Assembly: GCA_029557815.1 (NCBI GenBank)
Contig: JAKQHX010000034.1
Coordinates: 1 to 48,324 of the forward strand
Direction: 5' to 3'
Source: a bacterium
Lineage (GTDB): Bacteria > Patescibacteriota > Saccharimonadia > Saccharimonadales > JAGQNK01
Length of the DNA stretch: 48,324 bases
Positions 42,664 through 48,324 of the stretch are shown piece after piece. The position numbers and the translations under genes are program-made. The notes beneath the pieces are model-generated. The model did no database searches. It saw nothing but the letters and a program-made list of their open reading frames with translations, and was not told the DNA's origin. The first letter of the stretch is position 1. Every line of letters starts with the position of its first letter.

Positions 42664-42867
42664 ATGCAAGCTCTCATCCTGCACGCAAAACTTATGCTTT
42701 ATGCACGGCAATTGTACCTTACTGAAGTAACGCGTGGCATAGTATTTGTACTCGTTGTTGATTTTGTTGTTTCACTGATGTTGAAGCGTGTAGAGCGTCA
42801 CCGGCGACGTATGCTCAAACAGCTGACTGCAAACCGGAGAAATATATATGCCCGAGCACGAGCCTAA
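42664..42867 (+). CDS. Small hypothetical membrane protein
   Basis: 67 aa, one TM followed by a basic tail; downstream of the 42554 promoter. Confidence 0.4.
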   Translation: MQALILHAKLMLYARQLYLTEVTRGIVFVLVVDFVVSLMLKRVERHRRRMLKQLTANRRNIYARARA

Positions 42868-43435
42868 GCCTACCGGCGACACCGACCCCACCACCGCCGA
42901 TATACTCTATGACTCTATCCAGAAAGCCGTAGAAAAGTGGGGGCCTGTAGCGCGGGACCGTCATATCACGAGCTACCTTGCGAGTACCGAAGAGGTCGAC
43001 GAGAGCTTTATAGGGTTCACTGAAGGCGAATATGCACTCTCGTTCCAATTCCATGTAGATGATGTAGACACGGCTACCCTGGATAGCTTGGTGGCGTATC
43101 CTGGCTATTCAGAGGTTAACCTGCGTCTATGGCGAGGGGATGAGCCCGTTGCGCTGGATACGGATGACGAAAATATGGTGGATAATCTCTACAGTGTCGT
43201 TATCCTGGAAGGCCGTACGCCGTTTCTTGCAAACTTCGATGACCTTGACGGTTTTATGGATGCGAAGGACGGCAAGACATACTCCCATGGATCAAAGGTG
43301 GCTGGCACCGAACATTTCCTGGAAATGGCAAAACACGGACAGGCGACTATGCGGCTGCTGAATGATGCGGCGTGTGCGGAGTTGCTTGAGGTGCTGTCAA
43401 ACCCCAACCTTCCAGACCACATAACCTCTGATTAA
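42848..43435 (+). CDS. Hypothetical acidic protein
   Basis: 195 aa, RBS GGAG. Confidence 0.65.
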   Translation: MPEHEPKPTGDTDPTTADILYDSIQKAVEKWGPVARDRHITSYLASTEEVDESFIGFTEGEYALSFQFHVDDVDTATLDSLVAYPGYSEVNLRLWRGDEPVALDTDDENMVDNLYSVVILEGRTPFLANFDDLDGFMDAKDGKTYSHGSKVAGTEHFLEMAKHGQATMRLLNDAACAELLEVLSNPNLPDHITSD

Positions 43436-43448
43436 TAAAACTATACTA

Positions 43449-43477
43449 TTGACAAAAAAGCACAAGCGTGATAATAT
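43449..43477 (+). promoter_or_regulatory. Sigma-70 promoter with AAGCACAAGC spacer
   Basis: TTGACA-N17-TAATAT; first 19 nt identical to the 42554 promoter. Confidence 0.75.
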
Positions 43478-43531
43478 AGATATATCGACTGACAAACAAA
43501 AACAATAAAAAACAAAAAAGGAAACTATAAG

Positions 43532-43834
43532 ATGAATAACGAACAATTCCCACGCACCGAAGGTGATATTGCTGCTGAGAAAGCCTCAGCACAGGCATGG
43601 GGTGAGCCAGTCGGCGAACTGCCTCCCGTACCTACACAAGCCCCGGAAGCTATGTATCCCCGTACAGAAGCTGATGCGATTGCCGAGGACAGCGCCGACC
43701 AAGCCGCCGCCAAGTGGGACGCATACGCAAATGGTACGCTTCCAGAAGCAGCTCCAGCGGCTTCGCCGGAACAATTGCCAGCCGAAGCCCCAGCGGCTTC
43801 TCCTGAAGAGCCAAAAACCCCAGAGCTCGTCTAG
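43532..43834 (+). CDS. Hypothetical acidic Ala/Pro-rich protein with internal repeats
   Basis: (F/Y)PRTE(G/A)D twice and APAASPE twice; own promoter, AAGG RBS and terminator. Confidence 0.7.
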   Translation: MNNEQFPRTEGDIAAEKASAQAWGEPVGELPPVPTQAPEAMYPRTEADAIAEDSADQAAAKWDAYANGTLPEAAPAASPEQLPAEAPAASPEEPKTPELV

Positions 43835-43849
43835 TAGCTTGCCGAAAGT

Positions 43850-43886
43850 AAAAGAGCCGCTCATAAAATAAAAAGCGGCTCTTTTT
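43850..43886 (+). terminator. Intrinsic terminator
   Basis: AAAAGAGCCGCT-N12-AGCGGCTCTTTTT. Confidence 0.82.
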
Positions 43887-43934
43887 GCTGCTTGTGTTTT
43901 AGTAACGGTTACTAGCGTACAATAGAGGTACGTT

Positions 43935-45683
43935 ATGGATGCGGTTGAGGAAGTTAAGTCCAGGTTGGCTATTGAGGACGTTATCAGCGAATACGTCCAA
44001 CTGAAGCGTGCCGGCCGGAACTATAAGGGCCTCAGCCCTTTTACCGCCGAAAAGACGCCGAGCTTCATGGTCAGCCCCGAAAAGCAGATCTGGCATGACT
44101 TCTCCTCCAGCAAAGGCGGCGACATGTTCAGCTTTGTCATGGAGATGGAAGGGCTGGATTTCAAGGGTGCGCTGGAGCACTTGGCCCGCAAAGCTGGTGT
44201 AGACCTAAGCCAGTACCGAACCGGCCGGAATGCCGACCTCGGCAAAACCAAAGAGCGGTTATATGAAGCGCATGAGCTGGCAGCGAAATTCTATCAGACA
44301 CAGTTCAAGCAAAATAAAACGGCACTCGACTACATTTTCAAACAGCGGAAGTTTACCAAGGATGTCGCCTTGGCGTTTCGCATCGGTTACTCACCAAATA
44401 ACGGTACGGCACTGCTCGATTTTCTTAAGAAAAAAGGTTTTACTGAAGCCGAACTGACCAAAGCAGGACTCGTTACCAAGCGTTACCGCGGTGCAAGCGA
44501 TATGTTCCGCGGTCGGATCCAGATTCCGCTCATGGATGCGCAGGGCAAAGTAATCGGCTTTACGGCTCGGTTGCTAGAGGACGCACCAAACGCACCGAAG
44601 TACCTGAATACGCCGCAGACATTGCTGTACGACAAAGGCCGGCATGTCTATGGCCTGCATTTGGCAAAGGAAAGCATCCGGCGGTCCGGCTATGTTGTTG
44701 TGGTCGAAGGCAATCTGGACGTTATCGCGAGCCATCAAGCCGGCGTTTCTCAGGTGGTAGCGACCGCAGGGACGGCTATGACAGAGATGCACCTGAAGGC
44801 GCTCAATCGCTTCACAGGCGATATCCGGTTGGCGTTTGACCAAGATAAAGCCGGGCTGGCGGCGGCCGAACGGGTAATCCCCATTGCCGGCAAAGTCGGT
44901 GTGAACCTAAGTATAATCACGGTGCCGGAGGGCAAAGATCCGGACGAATTGATTAAAAGAGATTCAGCCTTGTGGCGTAAAGTGATTGAAACGCATCAGT
45001 ACGTGGTGGACTGGTTGATGGATCGCTACGCTACGCAACTAGACTTGGACAGCGCCGTTGGCAAACGCCAGTTTAGTGATGTATTGCTGAAAGTCGTACG
45101 CCAACTGCCCGATCAGGTTGAACAGGACCATTACATCGGTGAAATTGCCAAACGTAGCGGCATAAGCCGTCATGCGCTTGAACAAAAAATGCGTACAGAC
45201 AGCACTACTGATCGTACGTTCCTAAAAAAGGGCAGGGCAAGACCGCAGAAAATCGATCCGATCCAGGTGGACCGTACCAAAACGCAGGATCAGTTCATGG
45301 CGCTGGCACTCATGCAGCCGCCCCTCAGGCATTATCTGCGAGCTATCACCTACGACATGCTGCCGAATGAGCAGGCACACCAACTATTGAGGTTCCTGCA
45401 GGACAACCCACAGTTTAACGGGGACCCCAAAGAGGCCGAAGCCTTGAGCGATGTGGCGGATTATGTTAAGATTCTAAATCTACAGTTCGATGAATTATAT
45501 CGACACCACGAGCTACTTGAGCTTCGTAACGAAGCCGCTCGGTTGCAGGAAAAACTGATCAAACAATACGTCCAAGCAAAAAAACAGCCTATAACAGAAG
45601 CGCTCGCCCATGCCGAAGGCGAGGAGCTCAAGCGTTTACTGGAGCAGGCCAAAGAACTCGACAACTTACTAGGGAAACTTTAA
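43935..45683 (+). CDS. dnaG: DNA primase
   Basis: PFTAEKTPSF, FRGRIQIP, KYLNTP, VVEGNLDVI, FDQDKAG, KDPDE. Confidence 0.96.
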   Translation: MDAVEEVKSRLAIEDVISEYVQLKRAGRNYKGLSPFTAEKTPSFMVSPEKQIWHDFSSSKGGDMFSFVMEMEGLDFKGALEHLARKAGVDLSQYRTGRNADLGKTKERLYEAHELAAKFYQTQFKQNKTALDYIFKQRKFTKDVALAFRIGYSPNNGTALLDFLKKKGFTEAELTKAGLVTKRYRGASDMFRGRIQIPLMDAQGKVIGFTARLLEDAPNAPKYLNTPQTLLYDKGRHVYGLHLAKESIRRSGYVVVVEGNLDVIASHQAGVSQVVATAGTAMTEMHLKALNRFTGDIRLAFDQDKAGLAAAERVIPIAGKVGVNLSIITVPEGKDPDELIKRDSALWRKVIETHQYVVDWLMDRYATQLDLDSAVGKRQFSDVLLKVVRQLPDQVEQDHYIGEIAKRSGISRHALEQKMRTDSTTDRTFLKKGRARPQKIDPIQVDRTKTQDQFMALALMQPPLRHYLRAITYDMLPNEQAHQLLRFLQDNPQFNGDPKEAEALSDVADYVKILNLQFDELYRHHELLELRNEAARLQEKLIKQYVQAKKQPITEALAHAEGEELKRLLEQAKELDNLLGKL

Positions 45684-45701
45684 CAGGAGGTAAACAAGCC
45701 T

Positions 45702-46805
45702 ATGGCAGATGATGACCAGAAAAAAGCAGAAGCGAAGAAAGAGTTGCTGGCGAGTGCCAAAAAAGACGGCAAAATAAGCCAGCAGGATATCTTTGCAGTT
45801 ATTCCGGAGACGCCGGAAAACGCTGACATACTGGACGAGCTCTACACTGAGCTCGCAGATGCCAACATATTAGTCGTGGCGCCAAATGAACCAAAAGCGG
45901 CACTCACAGGGGACTGGATAGATGAGGAGGGCGACGAAGAAATCGACCTGAGCGAAAAGGTCATTATGGATGACATCGCGGACGATTCGGTTCGTCTGTA
46001 CCTACGCGAAATCGGCAAAATTCCCCTATTGACCGCTGAAGAAGAGTTGGCCTTGGCCCAACGGGTCGTGGCTGGTGACAAAAAGGCCAAGGATGAAATG
46101 GCCGAAGCCAACATGCGCCTGGTGGTGTCTATTGCCAAGCGGTACGTCGGCCGCGGGCTGGATCTGCTCGACCTCATCCAGGAAGGTAACACTGGCTTAC
46201 TTCGTGCGGTCGAGAAGTTCGACCCGGACAAAGGGTTTAAGTTCTCCACCTACGCGACGTGGTGGATTCGCCAAGCGATTACCCGGGCTATCGCTGACCA
46301 AGCCCGCACCATCCGTATTCCGGTGCACATGGTTGAGACCATCAACAAGCTGCTACGAACCCAGCGCCGGCTGACACAGGACTTAAACCGCGAACCGACC
46401 AACGAAGAAATCGCCAAAGAGATGGAGATTGATGTCGAAAAGGTCGAACATATCATGAAGATCAAGCAGGATATCAGCTCGCTTGACGCCAGCGTGCGTG
46501 ACGATGAAGAAGACTCCGTCCTGGCGGACTTCATCGAGGACGAAGACACGATTTCTCCTGAAGAATCAGCCACCAACCAGCTGCTGAAGGAACACGTCAA
46601 GGACATGCTCGGCAGCCTGACTGAGCGCGAGCAAAAGATTCTCAAGCTCCGCTTCGGCCTGGAAGACGGCAAGAGCCACACGCTCGAAGAAGTTGGGCAG
46701 GAGTTTTCCGTCACCCGCGAACGCATCCGCCAGATAGAGGCAAAGGCTCTCGCCAAGCTGCGCAAGCACAAAGATTCCAAAAAACTCCACGACTACATAA
46801 AGTAA
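45702..46805 (+). CDS. rpoD: RNA polymerase primary sigma factor
   Basis: [60 protein letters not shown]. Confidence 0.97.
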   Translation: MADDDQKKAEAKKELLASAKKDGKISQQDIFAVIPETPENADILDELYTELADANILVVAPNEPKAALTGDWIDEEGDEEIDLSEKVIMDDIADDSVRLYLREIGKIPLLTAEEELALAQRVVAGDKKAKDEMAEANMRLVVSIAKRYVGRGLDLLDLIQEGNTGLLRAVEKFDPDKGFKFSTYATWWIRQAITRAIADQARTIRIPVHMVETINKLLRTQRRLTQDLNREPTNEEIAKEMEIDVEKVEHIMKIKQDISSLDASVRDDEEDSVLADFIEDEDTISPEESATNQLLKEHVKDMLGSLTEREQKILKLRFGLEDGKSHTLEEVGQEFSVTRERIRQIEAKALAKLRKHKDSKKLHDYIK

Positions 46806-46814
46806 GGTAGAAGT

Positions 46815-47384
46815 ATGGAAATTATCGGACTTGGTGGCAGTAACGGCAGCGGCAAAGACACGGTTGGCGAGATGTTGGCCGAACGGCATGGCTATTTGTT
46901 CGTATCGGTCAGTGACTTGCTGCGTGACGAACTGAAACGGCGTGGCTTGCCGATTGAGCGGGAACACCTCAGGAACCTGAGCGCCGAGTGGCGGCGTGAA
47001 AGTGGTCTTGGCGTACTGGTAAAAAAAGCTATCGAGCTCTACGAGCAGCAGAAGGGTAGGTATCGGGGAATCGTCATGGCCAGCCTGCGCAACCCGGGCG
47101 AAGCGGATGAAATTCATGCGCACGGTGGCACGCTTATCTGGGTAGACGCCGACCCGAAGGTACGGTACGACCGAGTTTTTTCCCGGCAGCGAACTGCCGA
47201 AGACAGCAAGACGTTCGAGCAGTTTCTGGCAGAAGAGCAGGCTGAGATGCAGTATAGCGGCGACGAAGCGACCCTAAACATGTCTGCGGTCAAAGAAAGG
47301 GCCGACATAACGATCTTCAACAATGGCACTGACATAGAGGCATTCAAAGACCAGGCCGAAACCACGCTCGGCCTACATAAGTAG
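46815..47384 (+). CDS. P-loop nucleotide kinase (dephospho-CoA/NMP kinase-like)
   Basis: IIGLGGSNGSGKDT, SLRNPGE, WVDADPKVRYDR, ADITIFN. Confidence 0.8.
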   Translation: MEIIGLGGSNGSGKDTVGEMLAERHGYLFVSVSDLLRDELKRRGLPIEREHLRNLSAEWRRESGLGVLVKKAIELYEQQKGRYRGIVMASLRNPGEADEIHAHGGTLIWVDADPKVRYDRVFSRQRTAEDSKTFEQFLAEEQAEMQYSGDEATLNMSAVKERADITIFNNGTDIEAFKDQAETTLGLHK

Positions 47385-47405
47385 ATGTATAATTGTGCTA
47401 CATCA

Positions 47406-47434
47406 TTGACAAAATAGCACGCTTATGCTACAAT
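47406..47434 (+). promoter_or_regulatory. Sigma-70 promoter
   Basis: TTGACA-N17-TACAAT with extended -10 TG. Confidence 0.8.
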
Positions 47435-47472
47435 GTTGTCATTGATTACAGTAAGTAAAAGAAAGAAACAAG

Positions 47473-48261
47473 ATGCCACGTTCAAACGAAAACATCCACG
47501 ACAATTTAGCCGAACCGAAGAAAAAGCCAAGCGTTGCCCGACGTGTAGGTGCAGCTCTAATTGCTGCCGGTGTAGTTGGCAGCGGTGCTGTGGTGGCACA
47601 TGAGGTTTTCCAAGGTGACTCTCCAAAGGCACCACGGCCAGCAGCTGGAGCACCATCCAACAAAAACAAAGTTGATGATGGAAAGGTACCTGGTCCTATT
47701 AACGAACCCGGTGAGCCTGACGTAGCTGGATCAGGTCCCGAAATCGGTAGTGCGGCGATGGTAGAAAAAGCTACTACACCTGAGCAAAACGCAGAGTTCC
47801 AGATGTCAGCTACTGCGCTTGCTACCTCGGTGATAGATTTGTACAACCAAGGCATCGGTAACCGTAACTTTGTGTATAACAACGAGGAAAGCGGCCGACA
47901 AATCATTAATGTCATCAATGACGCTAATGACAAGAGTGGCTACTACGTTTTGACCGCAGAGCTGCCTGCTGGTTCTATGAATCCAGCAGACGCTTTCAGC
48001 GTTACCGTGCATATGGTGCAGGGCGAAACGGATGACAGTCAGACTGTCGATGCAAACGGCGATGGCTATGTCGATAACAGAACGTCACTTTACTCTATGT
48101 ACCTGGATAATAACTCGGGTACTGGCTGGGAACTCGGCTATGAAGTCGACGCATCCATTGATGTTGACGCAGCCGTAGGCCCCCAAAGCAAACAGCCGCA
48201 AGTCGACTTTGCGCGGCAGGTGATGTTGCGAGCCGCTGATGGCGCCCCCGTTGATGTATAA
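47473..48261 (+). CDS. Hypothetical membrane-anchored/secreted protein
   Basis: Basic patch plus hydrophobic helix, Pro-rich linker, DANGDGYVD Ca-loop-like segment. Confidence 0.68.
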   Translation: MPRSNENIHDNLAEPKKKPSVARRVGAALIAAGVVGSGAVVAHEVFQGDSPKAPRPAAGAPSNKNKVDDGKVPGPINEPGEPDVAGSGPEIGSAAMVEKATTPEQNAEFQMSATALATSVIDLYNQGIGNRNFVYNNEESGRQIINVINDANDKSGYYVLTAELPAGSMNPADAFSVTVHMVQGETDDSQTVDANGDGYVDNRTSLYSMYLDNNSGTGWELGYEVDASIDVDAAVGPQSKQPQVDFARQVMLRAADGAPVDV

Positions 48262-48324
48262 GTATCACCACCTCGTATAGTATTGTTGGTGCTGTCACGC
48301 GGTATGGATAGAGATCGTGAAAAG

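Noticed and set aside
1-48324. Prophage, IS element, integron or conjugative element
   Set aside because: No integrase, transposase, phage structural, VirB4 or relaxase genes are visible in the window.
48304-48324. Start of a further CDS (MDRDREK...)
   Set aside because: Only seven codons before the window edge; cannot be supported.

Overview
Gene-dense bacterial chromosome segment. Gene content points to Candidatus Saccharibacteria (TM7, Patescibacteria/CPR); this is inferred from the tandem VirB2/TrbC-like pilin array, bifunctional PGI/PMI, CarS-like protein, tRNA-Arg(GCG) and many orphan ORFs. The window opens with six tandem pilins (the first truncated). Housekeeping genes include hsp20, comF, corA, HIT, valS, LOG, tsaD, murE, CIRCE-groES-groEL, argS, mscL, msrB, orn and dnaG-rpoD. 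There are four tRNAs (Ser-TGA, Ser-GCT, Ser-CGA, Arg-GCG). I saw no integrase, transposase, rRNA or CRISPR array. The main unexplained structure is non-coding. (1) Two families of stem-loops with conserved apices and compensated stems sit in tRNA 5' leaders. (2) Three short palindromic inserts are bracketed by duplicated gene ends. (3) A Val-codon uORF overlaps a long hairpin upstream of valS. (4) A CIRCE-shaped hairpin and a candidate ncRNA follow hsp20. (5) Many genes have leaderless-type promoters. (6) Promoters of orphan genes share an AAGCANAAGC spacer motif. Notable proteins: an unannotated 44-aa membrane microprotein between groES and groEL, an archaeal-like lipid operon, a kinase plus possible pseudokinase pair, and an HPD-motif orphan operon opposite a TrmB regulator. 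Everything was read by eye; no searches or folding programs were run.
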